Positions 37,549 to 51,443 are shown, counted from the stretch's first letter. The stretch: 64,000 bases of DNA from Octopus sinensis (GCF_006345805.1 NC_043004.1:26970001-27034000); one strand, 5' to 3'. Numbers and translations: made by a program. The notes: generated by a model not told the origin, from the letters alone.

Positions 37549-38832
37549 TTAGGTTATTAAAAATTTAATGTCCGATTTTGAACTGAAAGTTTATTTTACT
37601 AAATCTCAACAAAAAGTACTGCAGTTAGTCAAAGTATGCATCTGAATTATCAACACAATTTTGCCATTTTATCGTAGCTTATTTATGCCAGCAGCGAAGA
37701 ATTCTGGAGAGCAAGAGATGACGAAATCACGAAAGGCTATTTTTGCATCTTCTTCAGATTTCAAGTTTTTTCCTGCAAAATGTTGTCTAATGCCTGGAAA
37801 ACGTGATAGTCAGTTGGTGCAAGGTCTGATGAACATGGTGGATGATAGTGTACTTCCAAGTTCAGCTCCTGTAACTTGAGTAGCGTTCTTTGTGCAACAT
37901 GTAGTCGAGCATTGTCTTGCAAGAGAATTGGTCTGCCTTTGTTGACCAATCTCAGTTGTTTAATTGCAAGTTCACTCATCATTTCATCCAGTTGGTTGAT
38001 GTATATACCCGCTGTAATTGACTTACAAGGTCTCATGAATCTGTAGCAGATGACACCAGCGCTGGACCACCAAACAGACACCATTAACTTTTTTTGGTGA
38101 ATACTTATTCTTAGATTGGGTTTTGGCACTCTGTCTCTATCCAACCACCATGCAGAATGCTTGCTATTGTTAAAAAGAATCCATTTTTTTCATCACACGT
38201 AACAATACAATGCAAAATGGTTCGCTTTTATTTTGTGACAGCAAAGAACAGTAAGTTTCAAGATGACGTGTCATTTGATGCTTGTTCAGTTCATGCAGTA
38301 TCAACTTGTCCAACTTCTTTACCTTGCTGATTAGTTTCAGATGGTCCAATACAGTTGGAATCAAATCATCAAACCTTGCTGCTAAGTTATGTGTAGCTTG
38401 AGATGCATCCACTTCTACTACAGTTTCCAACTTATTATTATCCACCTTGGTCTCAGGTCTACCATGGACTGATTTTTAAGTGTAAAGTCACCAGACCAGA
38501 ACTTCTCAGACCATTGACATACAGTGTGCTTATTCACTACATCTTCACCAAACACCTCATTGATGATTTGAGCTGTCTGGGATGCATTCGTTCCATGATG
38601 GAATTCATATTCATAAACTATACGGATTTTTATTATCTACCCATGGGTTCACAAAAATTGATTTGCAAGAGAAAACTCATCATTTAAACAGACACCATGA
38701 TCTGCTTTCAAAAAGTGATGATGTAACTCTTCAATGTTGCAAAATAAATAATTGTCAGGATAAAATATTAGGGTTAATGATTGTCAAACTTGATGCATAA
38801 GGAAATTGGACATTTCATTCTTAATGACCTGA
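37549..38832 (-). mobile_element. full-length degenerate mariner transposon (1284 bp)
   Basis: Imperfect TIRs of about 30 bp (TTAGGTTATTAAAAAT.. / ..ATTCTTAATGACCTGA), TA on both sides, KLMVSVWWS...ILLQDNARLH...HPPCSSDLAPTDYHVF. Confidence 0.93.
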
Positions 38833-39355
38833 TAACTACAATAACAGCAATTGTCACTGACAGAGCAGCCTTCTTGGCCTATTTCTCTCCAGCCTTCATA
38901 CATCTTCCATATTTCATACCACATTTACATTTCATATATGAGTTGTCTCACTAAGAAGTGAATATCTTTAGGACCCTGTCCTCGTGCTGCTAAACAGGAC
39001 TACATCATATCTTAATTTCTTTCAAATCCGTCAATCTCGATTCCTATCTCTTTGATTCTTGTAACTTGGTCCGTCAATAGCTTCTGTGTGTTCCTTTCTC
39101 TGAAACACACCCTTTTCTCTTGCAACAGTTCACAGTGCTACTGCTACATCAGAAATTGAGGAGGGTACCTTTCTGTATTCTCTGACAAAAGATGTGAGAA
39201 ACAATTGATTAACATTCTCCTCTAGATATTTACGGTGTCTCAGCAGCTGTTCCTGGTGGCATAATGGCTTTCCTTGCCATTTTCTCCTTTGCATTAGTAA
39301 GGGCTACTCCAGTGCTCTCTGTTGCATACAGACTTTTTATCAACAATGTCTGGAT

Positions 39356-39482
<127 letters not shown>

Positions 39483-39835
39483 CTTTTCTCATTGACATTA
39501 TCTATTAAGCTATTGATGTGTGTAGTTTATGGTGGTGGAGCAGTGACAGTGTAACATGGAGTATCTCCGCTTATGGTGCAGTACTAAATATAATGATAGA
39601 TGCGTGATGAACTGGTTGTTTAATATATCTATTCAAAATGTCACAGTGATGTGACCTTCCAAACAAAACTACAATTCTATAAGAGCCAATCTTGATGGTT
39701 GACATTGGCTGTTTCAGGGATTTGTTGGTTAAACATTCTGACTCCAGCTGTTCTTGTTTCGCATTGAACTATCACTGTACATGATCTTCTTGCAGTAACC
39801 ATCATCTGTTGAATTATTTTAGCAGTTGTCATTGT

Positions 39836-40268
39836 TGACATCATCATCATCATCATCATCATCATCACCATCATCACCATCATCATCACCATCATCATCA
39901 CCATCATCATCACCATCATCACCATCATCATCACCATCATCATCACCATCATCATCATCATCACCATCACCATGATCATGATCATCATCAACATCATCAC
40001 CATCATCATCATCATTATCATCATCATCATCATCATCATCATAAACATCACCATCATCAACATCATCATCATCATCTTCATCACCATCATCATCATCACC
40101 ATCACCATCATCATCATCATCATCATCACCACCATCACCATCATCATCATCATCACCATCATCATCACCATCATCATCACCATCACCACCACTATCATCA
40201 TCACCATCATCATCACCATCATCATCATCATTAACATCATCATCATCATCATTATCATCATCATCATC
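39836..40268. repeat. (ATC)/(ACC) mosaic trinucleotide array
   Basis: Directly visible; CATCACCATCAT recurs. Confidence 0.95.
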
Positions 40269-41358
40269 CCCAGGCAACAGAGAAATGGAGAGAGGTAGAG
40301 AAAAAGAATGAGGGTGAAAGATAAATCTGAGTAAAGTGGGAGATAATGAAGTGACGCAACATATTACATGTAAATAATGTTACCATGTGTAACATATGTA
40401 ACACAGCTTAGATGATGCTGATGCTGATGCTGATGATGATGATGTTGTGGTGGAAGAGGAGAACAATTAAGAGGACGATGACGACCATGATTATGCCTGG
40501 AGTGATATTAATTGCTATAATTAAAATGCTCGTAGTTTCATTAAGTATAATGTTAATTACAACAAGTTTGATTATGGCATATTTGTAGTAATGATGCTTC
40601 TGTCATTGCTGATGATGATGATATTGATAATAATAATAATGATGATGATAATAATGCTGCTAATGTAAAATTGCCATTGTCAAGCAATATGCCATCTTTC
40701 CATCCACCATTTAATGGCAGTGATAGGAAATGGTTAAATTCTGCAGAGTCAGCAAACCTTTGCAAGCTTCTTCTTTGTGACATATATCAGTTTTGATAAA
40801 TGAGGTTATTCCAAGTAAAAGCAGAGAATATTGTTGTTGATGTGTCATTCCCAAAACAGCTCTGATCAGGTCATCCCATAGTACATAGTAATCAACTGAA
40901 TAACAAGGTATGGCTATGTAATAGATCGATCTTCCTAGTTATATCCATATAACTACCTAACTGATGATTATACACTACATTCCATGATGAATCATATGGT
41001 GTAAAGTGTACTAGTATCCACAGGCTAGTTTATCTCTGTACATTCTGATGGTGGTCTTGGCTTAGTCAGAACATAACACTTGTGTCTTTGCCAACACATT
41101 GTTTACATTCAGTGTTTTTGTTGATGTGTGTACGTTTCTTTGTTTATCTGGAATAAGTTTGAAAGATAATTTTTTAGGATGTTATTGTAATGGATTTCTT
41201 AGAGTCTGAGTATTTGAAGGTGGTTTGACATATAGTGTTAAAGACTGTGGGCACTGATGATTTGCTGCAACACCAAACTGTTCCCTTTACATACCCAGGT
41301 CATCTTTCATTTTTAGTATTTTTATTAAATTATGCAGGTGATGTATTGATGGGTATCT

Positions 41359-41618
41359 GGCGAATTTGTCTATAATAATTCATCAACAACAATTCATCTT
41401 ACAGCAACTTATCTACAGATACAATTCACCTACAACTGCACACACATACACATACAACCACACACACACACATACAACCGTACGTACACACACACAACCA
41501 TATACACACATACAACCACACACACACACAGATACACACAAACACACACATACAACCACACATAAATAAATTGTTGTAGATGAATTGTTGTAGACAAATT
41601 ATTGTAGACGAATTCACC
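41359..41618. mobile_element. MITE-like element with repetitive subterminal inverted arms around a CA-rich core
   Basis: GGCGAATTTGTCTATAATAATT... versus ...AATTATTGTAGACGAATTCACC; 13-bp unit AATTCATCTACAA repeated in each arm. Confidence 0.6.
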
Positions 41619-41990
41619 TAGAACTGTATTGATGTGGGCTGTGGAAAACCAATACAGCAGTTCATGGGATTTACCATAGCTGTTGTTGTGTGGTAGACTT
41701 CATCCATCACCTCAGTTTAATACCATTCACTAGATCATAACTCTAACTTAACCTAACCCCACCATCGTGTCTTTGTATATCTTTAGTTGGATCCACACTG
41801 CTGTATGTATTCAGATCAAGTCTGTCATGTAAGTATAATTTATTTTCTGGCTCCAAATTCCTACTAGTTGAAATGGTTCAATATGAAGGGTCATAATTGC
41901 AACCCAACCTCCTCTGGTTAAGAAATAAAACAATCACCAAAGTTACGTGATCTGAAATAGTTATGTAATTTAAATGTAAATTTGATAATA

Positions 41991-43691
41991 CAAGGTGACC
42001 CCCAAACCAGGATCTTTTGAAAAATCCTACAAAAATAGGAAAATTCCTAATCCAACAAAAGAATTTTATTGACAGAAAGTAAACAACTTGCCTTTTAATA
42101 ATCAGTAATCCAAAGTATTAATGTTTGAAAATTATGTCCTATAGATGGTGTCCTCTTCTACATATGCATTCTGTCAATCTGCTATTGAGGCTCCCAATTT
42201 TTGGGGCAACATCTCAGTTAGTATACCACGTATTCCATCTCGAACTCTTTGTTTCAGTTCATCCAGTGCCCTTGGCCAAGCTGTGTAGATCTGAATTTTA
42301 AGAGAGCCCCACAAGAATCAATCACAAACGAATAAATCTGGTGATCTTGGGGTGGGGGGACAGTGAATGTCACCGAATATTGAGATGACACAGGTACCAA
42401 ACAAATCTTGCACAGCTGTCATTGATTGCCTTGTAGTATGCATTGCCACACCATCCTATTGTAGTGTGCAATGTTGCACCATTGTGAAGCTGTAGAACAT
42501 CGTTCAATGCAAGTGCAACAAAAGATTGCTGCATCTCATTATATTGATCCAAAATGACAGTTGTTGTGATCCTCTCTTTATTTTTGAAAAAGTAAGGTCT
42601 GATGACCCCATGTGATGAAACTGCACCCCATACCATCACTTTGCAGCTGTGTAAAAAGTGTTCATGAAGTTTTTTAGGGTTGCTGTCTGCCCAGTAATGA
42701 TAGTTCTGTTTCTTCACATAACCTGTGAGATAAAAATAAACCTCATCCGACATCCACAGCTTGACCAGAAACTCATTGTTTTTGTTTATGTTTCCCATAA
42801 TTTTTTGATAGAATTCTAATTGTGATTGGTGATCATTCTCCTTCAGTTCTTGCATGATCTGCAGCTTATACTGATGAAATTTAAAGTCAAAATAAAAAAT
42901 TCAGCAAATACTCTTTGAGGACAACCTTGATGCAGCTGCTTGCTTACAAGCTGACCAACATGGGCTCTGCAAGACCGAAACATGTAGAGCCTTAACCCTT
43001 TTGTTACCAACCTGGCTGAAACCGGCACTGGCTCTGAGTACAAATGTCTTGTTCTCATGAGTTTTGAATTAAAATCTTCCACCAAACCTTAGTCCCAATT
43101 TATGTTCCTAACACTAGCTGAATAATAACTAAGTTATTTTACTAAATTCTTTGTTATATTGAAAGTAACTGAAAGAAACACAGAGCATCTCAAAATAAAT
43201 ACAGTAACAAAAGGGTTAATATTCTGTGGAATACAAACACTTCTTGGTTGTCCTGTCAGTTTCTTTTTCAGAACTGATCCAATCTCTAAAATAGAAAATT
43301 ACTATTTGTAAATCTCTCAACAAGAGATATTCAGCAACAGTACTCTAGAGCAAAGATTATTTGCCAGCATAACAATGGCAGTCCTGGTTTAGGACGAATG
43401 TAGCTGCACCCTCCAAACTATCATTGTTTTTGTAAAGAATTTCTATGGCAAAAGCATGCTGCTGAGCATTCCACTGATCGATGATAACTAAATTGCTAGG
43501 TTGTTTCTGCATGGAGCTCACAGTTCTGCAGTGCTGACAAATGTACTGTACTACATGGTTGCCCCTATGCATTTCAAAAATTGCTGTTTTATTTGTTTAA
43601 TGTCAATCAGTTTCTTTTTAGTTGGATTTATATTTTTCCTATTTTTTTTTTTTTAGTTTTTCAAAAGTTCCCACTTTTTTGGGTCACTCTG
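41991..43691 (-). mobile_element. Tc1/mariner-superfamily element with DUF4817-type N-terminus, degenerate
   Basis: TA|CAAGGTGACCC...GGGTCACTCTG|TA termini; QHAFAIEILYKNNDS, LWMSDEVYFYLTGYVKKQNYHYW, KVMVWGAVS, PRSPDL...FLWG. Confidence 0.88.
42996..43215. mobile_element. piggyBac-type MITE (220 bp) nested in the Tc1/mariner element
   Basis: Perfect 12-bp TIR CCCTTTTGTTAC / GTAACAAAAGGG with TTAA on both sides. Confidence 0.9.
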
Positions 43692-43844
43692 TATTTCAGG
43701 TTGTATGAGAGAGCTAGAATGAACAATAGGTAAGGAACTGATCCTGTTGTCCAGTTGATCAAGCATTCAAATATACTGAAGCTGTTTCATCATATTTCTG
43801 GGTTGGAAAACCACTTTATCTAACTTTAAATGAATTCTGAGATA

Positions 43845-44105
43845 TGAACCAGTTGTCAGACAACAGCTAGCTGTGAAACAACAGTTAGTTATGAGACACC
43901 AGCCATTTGTGTGACAGCAGCTAGATGTAAAACATCAACCAAGTATGACGTAGCTAGTTGTGAAATGAGCCAGATGTAAGATATCAGTAAATTAAGTAGC
44001 ATTTGACAGCTGTAAGATATGAGCCAAGTGTGATACATAAGCCACTTGAGAGACATCAGTTGTACACAACAGCAACAGGTATGACATCAGCCAGTTGTGG
44101 CAGCA
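43845..44105. repeat. degenerate 16-18 bp minisatellite
   Basis: Units such as ACAGCTAGCTGTGAAACA, ACAGTTAGTTATGAGACA, CCAGCCATTTGTGTGACA, GCAGCTAGATGTAAAACA. Confidence 0.7.
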
Positions 44106-45463
44106 GAATTTACATCTGATCTCTCTCTCTCTCTCTCTTTCTCTCATACACTCATTACTCTCTTGAAACAAGGAAGACATTCTAGATAAGTAGTCATATT
44201 TATACTTTACTGAATGGTCACGTTTTGTGTGTCTTTGATGATATGCTTGGTGAAGGTGAAAAATCAACAATGAAATCTAGTTGAGAAGAGAAACAAAGCT
44301 TTCTGGAGCTGGTGAGTTACCAGTCTTACACTAGCTTCCTATCCTGTGGGAGAAGTATTTCTATTCCACTTAAATATATATTTATCATGCTTATATTTTT
44401 CTTGTATGTTTATAAAATTACATATTGACAAGGACTTTGGGTGAGTCTGGGGACAATCTCATAGGAGTGACCCACAGTTGCATATGTAGGAATAATATGT
44501 TATATCAAAACATGAATTATAACAACTAATATAAAATGACAGAAACCTTTATCTGAGGCAGTAAAGACAGCAACATCTCCACCAACAGGACACCTCGTAA
44601 GTATCTATCTATTGCTGGCTGCTACTTTATTATTGTCATTCTCTCATCCTAACTGCTACCTTAAGAAGTCATTCACCATCTAATCTTCTAGTATTTATAT
44701 CAAAGCTGGTGCTACGAAATGTTTAATTAATTAAAACACAGCCGCATTGTACTAAAGAAAAGTAAGGGAGACAACTGTGAAATTTAACTTCAAGATAGAT
44801 AAGGGACTAGTCTCCCTTATTTTCTTGAGCAGAAATAATCATCACCTTTTCTACAGATTTATAATGTTAGTTTATTAATATTTCTTGGTTCACTACATTA
44901 AATATATCAACAACCACTTCACTGCTTATATTTCGTACAGGAGGTGCATCTGAGTAATTTTTTTTCAGCCATATTCTGGGAATAGTATTTCTTGTATGCT
45001 ATATGTTGTATTTCTAGTATTCCAAAGAGTAGGCGTAAGTATTCTGAACATAATTATTATGTCATTTGTGGTGAAGAAGCTTTATACTACCAACAATCAA
45101 AGAAAAACAAAGCAGCCAAATAGAACACAATTAGCTTTAATTAGAGTAAACTAATTTCAACATGGTTTATTTGTTGCGACATATAATTGGTAAGGTCATT
45201 TACAGGTATCAATTAGTTAAAAGAAAAATCAACATTGGAAGATAGTCACTGAAATACTAATTAAAGACAGAATATTGGTTTTGTGATGAGCCATAAGTTT
45301 ATAGCAGAATTTTAAGAGAAAATAAATAAGAAAATAATGAGAGTTTGAATAGTTTCTGTCATATATTACGTTCAGAATGATAGATTTTCTGAACAAGCAG
45401 TGGTCTCTCTTAGTGGGAAATTTTGTTTTTCTACGATATATACATACACTCAGACACACACAG

Positions 45464-45527
<64 letters not shown>

Positions 45528-45572
45528 AAACACACATTATAATGAAATAATTACTGTGAAGCATTATGTAGA

Positions 45573-45890
45573 ATATATTGTATAAAAGATTGTGGGTAAG
45601 GCCAAAATACTGCGAAGTAAATGCAAGGTAAATCACAAGAAAACAAATAAGTGATTTAATGTAGACTTATGACCCCATCCTCAAGAAATTGACGAATGTT
45701 GCCAATGTGCCTGTGTGAGTGTGTGAGCTCAAACATGCACATCAGCAACATTCATCAATTTCTTGAGGATGGGGTCATAACCCCGAAATATTGAATACAA
45801 GGTAAGTCTACATTAATTTACATATTTATTTTCTTGTGATTTACCTTACATTTACTTCACAGCCTTTTGGGCTTACCCACGATCTTTTAT

Positions 45891-45899
<9 letters not shown>
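45573..45899. repeat. long palindrome (about 325 bp) containing a hammerhead-like motif
   Basis: Arms pair almost to the centre (about 45720); the right arm carries about 23-25 extra nt (about 45780-45802). Confidence 0.92.
45760..45795 (+). ncRNA. minimal hammerhead-like motif
   Basis: UUC UUGAGGA U GGGG UCAUAA CCCC GAAA UAUU GAA: stems I and II pair, palindromic AAUAUU stem III, C3 replaced by U. Confidence 0.65.
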
Positions 45900-45928
<29 letters not shown>

Positions 45929-46217
45929 AAATTAAAAAAGTAAAATACGCACAATTACATAGTTTTAATATAATTTTTAATATATCGACCGGTTTCGCTA
46001 TCGCTATTCATGATATTATGTTTTACTTATTTGAATTTATACTTTTTCTTAAGAAGAAATTTGGTCCATGTTGTGTGTAATGAAATTCACGTGTGAATGA
46101 TTTCACAAGTAGATAAATAAAGGGAGGTAACTGGTTGTCGTTATTATTGTTGTTGTTGTGTTATATATTGTTATTGTTATATATATATATATAGTCTTTC
46201 GGTTATACACATACACA

Positions 46218-46263
<46 letters not shown>

Positions 46264-46411
46264 GGGAGTATATCCAAACTTACAGGGAAAAATCACTGTT
46301 GAGTTGCCTAATAGTGGTTTTATCTCTAATTTAATTTATATATATATGTTTTTTGTATCGTCTTCTAAATGTTTTACGTTCTTGTCCCAGTTTGTATTTT
46401 TCTACATATAA

Positions 46412-46455
<44 letters not shown>

Positions 46456-47499
46456 ATATAAATTTATAAATAAGGATAATATCAATGTTTAAATATCGAT
46501 ATTATCAAGTGGCCAGCATGGGAAAAAATACCATACAAAGGTAATAATTTTTATACAACTATAAATAAGGGTGTCTGAGAGACACCACCATGATCGACCA
46601 CTAGCCACTAAAGCTTTTTGATTCTCTCTGTTTATTTTCTTGTGTTCCTTTCAGTTGAAGAGCGTAGGCTTGAAATGTAAAAGACTTTCATACCTTCCCA
46701 AGCGTTAAACCAATACACCTGTCGTTTTTGTTATCTTGATATATATATATATATCATAATGTGTGTGTATACATATATATATATGTGTGTGTTTATATAT
46801 ATAAATATATATATATATAATTCAGTGAGAGATAGCGGTTGTGAATCCAACAAACTATATATATATATATATGTGTGTATATATATATCATCATCATCAT
46901 CACATTCTACCAGTATATGAAGTTTAAAATTTTTTAGTTACCTAGAAATTATGTTAAAAACTGCCGTTCAAACCGAAAAGATCCTAGCTGTCTAATCATA
47001 CTCCTTCTTGTTCATATGTAGTGATTTGTGCATAATTAGTATGATCTCTTCAGAGTATATAAGTATGACATTGTTCTAAGAGGAATTTTCCTGTTATTAG
47101 TCTGAATTAGGCTTGGTAGTAGAAGTAAACCATGACATTTTTCTATGAGATGTTTTACTCAACTGTTTGTCTGAGGAAATTCAGTACAGTAGCAACAGTG
47201 GTTGTTGAAGTTAGCAAAAGTTCATGGCTAGGCAGGGAGTGGTTATTTATAGAATATTTATTTTTGATTGATTCTACATACTTTATAGTCACAAGGCATT
47301 TTGATAGATTTCAGAGTTGAATATATTATTTGAATTTTGTGAAGGTTATTAATGTATAATTACTAAGCAGTAAGAACCACGTGGTTATTAAAAGGAAGCA
47401 GCCAGTTGTATTTTAAATTCTTCTAACTTATTATCATTGCTTTAAAGTGTTTCTAGGTTATATTATATGTAATCTTATGAATTAAATTTTATTCTTTTA

Positions 47500-47700
47500 C
47501 TTATTTCAGTCATTTGACTGTAGCCATGCTGGAGCACCACCTTTAGTTGAGCAAATTGATCCCAGCACTTATTCTTTGTAAGCCTAGTACTTATTCTATC
47601 AATTTCTTTTGCTAAACTGCTAAGTTATGAGGGTGTAAACACACCAGCATATGTTGTCAAGGGATGTTTGAGGGACAAACACAGACACACAAACATATGG
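47500..47700 (-). mobile_element. SINE (17922 family), 3' part
   Basis: Reverse complement of the 18100-18300 segment. Confidence 0.8.
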
Positions 47701-48577
47701 TTATTATTGTTATGTTTAGAGAAAAAAAATTATTGAAATTATATAAATTAATGCATTCTGTTATTTTAATTTTCTAAAAAGAAAACATTATTTGTGTAAG
47801 CAATTAAAATATCTTTCTTGTCTAGTGTTAGCTAACTTATTTTTCGAAGTAAATATTTTGTATAATTCCTTCATACACACACACACACATACATACATAC
47901 ATACATACATACCAAATCCAATATAAGCCATAAATCCAGCTCAGGGTTGGTTCCAGGTGTGGCATAGGTATAAAAAAAAAGAATACAAGTGTGGTTTAAA
48001 ATTTACTACAGTTGTTTCGGGAGCATTTTATTGATGCATTCAAAGATTAACCTGCAGCATAAATCCACCATGTTCAGGTCAAATTTTAAACATGTATAAA
48101 CAGGCAAGCTAAAACCCAGAAGATGATCTATTCAAAAAGTAACATAAAGAAGAAGTGATATTTTAAAAAAGAACAATCAAATTTATAGAGAAAATAGAGA
48201 AATAAATGGGCATTCTAGGAGCAAATAGGCTAATACAGTCTATTTTTCAAGCTGCTATCTGATATTTACAGTAATGACCTGCTGTGAAGACGAGCAGGAA
48301 GCAGCCAGGCCATCCAAAATACATCTTGGAAGATCAGTAAGATAAAACTCCAGACGTCGGAGCTGGAGTAGGTGGAAGGTTATAGAACCACATAAAAGTA
48401 TTGTCACCATTGCCTGTTAGAACACCCACATATGCATAGACATATATATTTACATTTACATATACACCCATACACATGTATATACATATATAGGGAGATT
48501 TTACATGCACATATGAATATATACCCATGTGTACACACATACATACGTGTATATATCCACTTAATCACATATATATA

Positions 48578-48649
<72 letters not shown>

Positions 48650-48728
48650 ACAGACATCCACTTAATCATATATATATATACATATATGTACACACATACA
48701 CACACACACACGCACAAAGCTATATATA

Positions 48729-48943
48729 CAGGGGTTAGACAAAATAATGAAAACACTTTAAAATTTCAAGCAAATTTATTTTAGTATGGGGTAGGACCGC
48801 CTTTGGCAGTAATTACACCTTGAATTCTATGAGGTATGCACGCGTACTAAGTTTGAATTGTTTCCAAAGGAATTTTTGTCCATTCTTCATCTAAAACAGT
48901 CTCCAGTTCCGGTAGGTTTTTCCATTATTTTGTCCAACCCCTG
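48729..48943. mobile_element. Tc1-type MITE (215 bp)
   Basis: TIR CAGGGGTT(A/G)GACAAAATAATG, flanked by TA. Confidence 0.88.
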
Positions 48944-49095
48944 TATATATATATATATACAAACACACATACCTATACCTATATATTTCTATATATAAAA
49001 ACACTCACACAAGCTTGTGTGTTTACCTGCATAAAGGTGTAAAGCTGTGTGTGTATGGGTGAATGGCTATATGAGTGCATAAGTGCATGTGCATG

Positions 49096-49127
<32 letters not shown>

Positions 49128-49197
49128 TATGTGTGTGTGTGTACGTTTTTATGTATCTATGTGTGTGTGTGTGTGTGTGTGTATACACACGCACATA

Positions 49198-49920
49198 TAT
49201 CATCATCATCTTTTAGTGTCTGCTTTCCATGCTAGCCTGAGTTAGATGGTTTGGCTGGAAATGGTAAGCTGGGGGAGCTGCACCAGGTTCTGATCTGATT
49301 TGGCATGGTTTCTATGGTTGGATGCCCTTGCTAGTGCCAACTACTCTAAGAGTGTAATGGATGCCTTTTATGTGCCACCAGAATGGATGCCAGTTATGTG
49401 ACACTGGCATCGGCCCCAACTACGATTTCACTTGGCTTAACAAGTCTTCTCAAGTATGGCCTAATGCCAAAAGTCTCAGTCGCTTATCACCTCCGTGAGG
49501 TCCAATGTTTGAAGGGTGCTTTTTATGAGCCACCTCCATGGGTGCCTGTTATATGAGACCAGCATCACCCATGACTGATTTCACTTGGCTTAATGGGTCT
49601 TCTCTAGCATGGCATTTTGCCAAAGGTCACTTGTCATCACCTCTGTGAGACCCACTGTATGAAGATCATGCTTCACCACTTCGTCCCATATCTTCCTGGG
49701 CCTACCTCTTCTACAGGTTCCCTCTACAGCTAGAGATCAGCACTTCTTCTCACAGCTGTCCTCATCCATATGCATCACATGACCATACCAGTGCAGTCAT
49801 CTTTCTTGCACACCACATTCGATGCCTCTTATGTTCAGCTTACACTCTATTGTACATGCACACTGACATTGCACATCCAGTAAAGCATACAAGCTTCATT
49901 TCTTTCAAGCCTACACATGT
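49198..49920 (-). mobile_element. diverged RTE LINE 3' fragment
   Basis: Colinear with 61560-62430. Confidence 0.8.
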
Positions 49921-50414
49921 CCATATAATACTCACAGACAGCTCAAGGTAAACAGACACTATCATTTTTGAAAGTTATATTTCTGGAAACAAAACAATGT
50001 CATTTGATGCATTTAAATACATAATCTAGTATTTAGAAGACATGCTTTATGCACAATACATTAATTATGTTGAAGTATGAGCTAGTGTCGACAGAGATAA
50101 AACTAATGTGTTGATGTATTTCAGGCAACATGGTTATGGTCAAGTATCAAACGACAACAGAGTTACACTGTTAGCAGGAGAGGTTGAAAAGGTGAAACAC
50201 TATATCTAAATAAGTCAGGGGAAGTTAGGTTGGGATGAGTTAAAAGTACTTACGAACAAGACAAGAGAAAGTGAAGCTTATGACCAACGCCAGCAATAAC
50301 CACCACATAAAGCAAAATGAAGAAGGATCTTTGATCTGAAAGTGCTAACAAATGTGAACTTAACCAAACAACTAGTTGCAAGACCATACACAGATCACAT
50401 GCCACTTGTAGGTC

Positions 50415-50421
50415 CTATCTG

Positions 50422-50482
<61 letters not shown>

Positions 50483-50608
50483 ATCTATCTATCTATCTAT
50501 CTATTATCTATCTATCTATTTACCTACCTACCTGCCTACCTACCTACCTACCTACTTACTTACCTACCTACCTACCTACCTACCTACTTACCTACTTACC
50601 TACCCACA

Positions 50609-50647
<39 letters not shown>

Positions 50648-50775
50648 TTACCTACCTACCTGCCTACCTACCTACCTACCTACCTACCTACTTACCTACC
50701 TACCTACCTACCTACCTACTACCTACCTACCTACCTACCTACCTACCTACCTACCTACCTACTTACCTACCCACA

Positions 50776-50846
<71 letters not shown>

Positions 50847-50949
50847 TTACCTACCTACCTGCCTACCTACCTACCTACCTACTTACTTACCTACCTACCT
50901 ACCTACCTACCTACTTACCTACCTACCTACCTACCTATCTATCTATCTA

Positions 50950-50993
<44 letters not shown>

Positions 50994-51084
50994 TTACCTA
51001 CCTACCTGCCTACCTACCTACCTACCTACCTACTACTTACCTACCTACCTACCTACCTACCTACTACCTACTTACCTACCCACA

Positions 51085-51139
<55 letters not shown>

Positions 51140-51272
51140 TTACCTACCTACCTGCCTACCTACCTACCTACCTACCTACCTACTTACCTACCTACCTACC
51201 TACCTACCTACTTACCTACCTACCTACCTACCTACCTACCTACCTACCTACCTACCTACTTACCTACCCACA

Positions 51273-51339
<67 letters not shown>

Positions 51340-51443
51340 TTACTTACCTACCTGCCTACCTACCTACCTACCTACCTACCTACCTACTTACCTACCTACC
51401 TACCAACCTACCTACCTACCTAATTACCTACCTACCTACCTAC

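Noticed and set aside
39677-40298. Met/Val-rich and Asp/Gly-rich ORFs
   Set aside because: Trinucleotide mosaic with no unique coding context.
43845-44105. CRISPR-like array
   Set aside because: No constant repeat with unique spacers, no cas genes, eukaryotic context.
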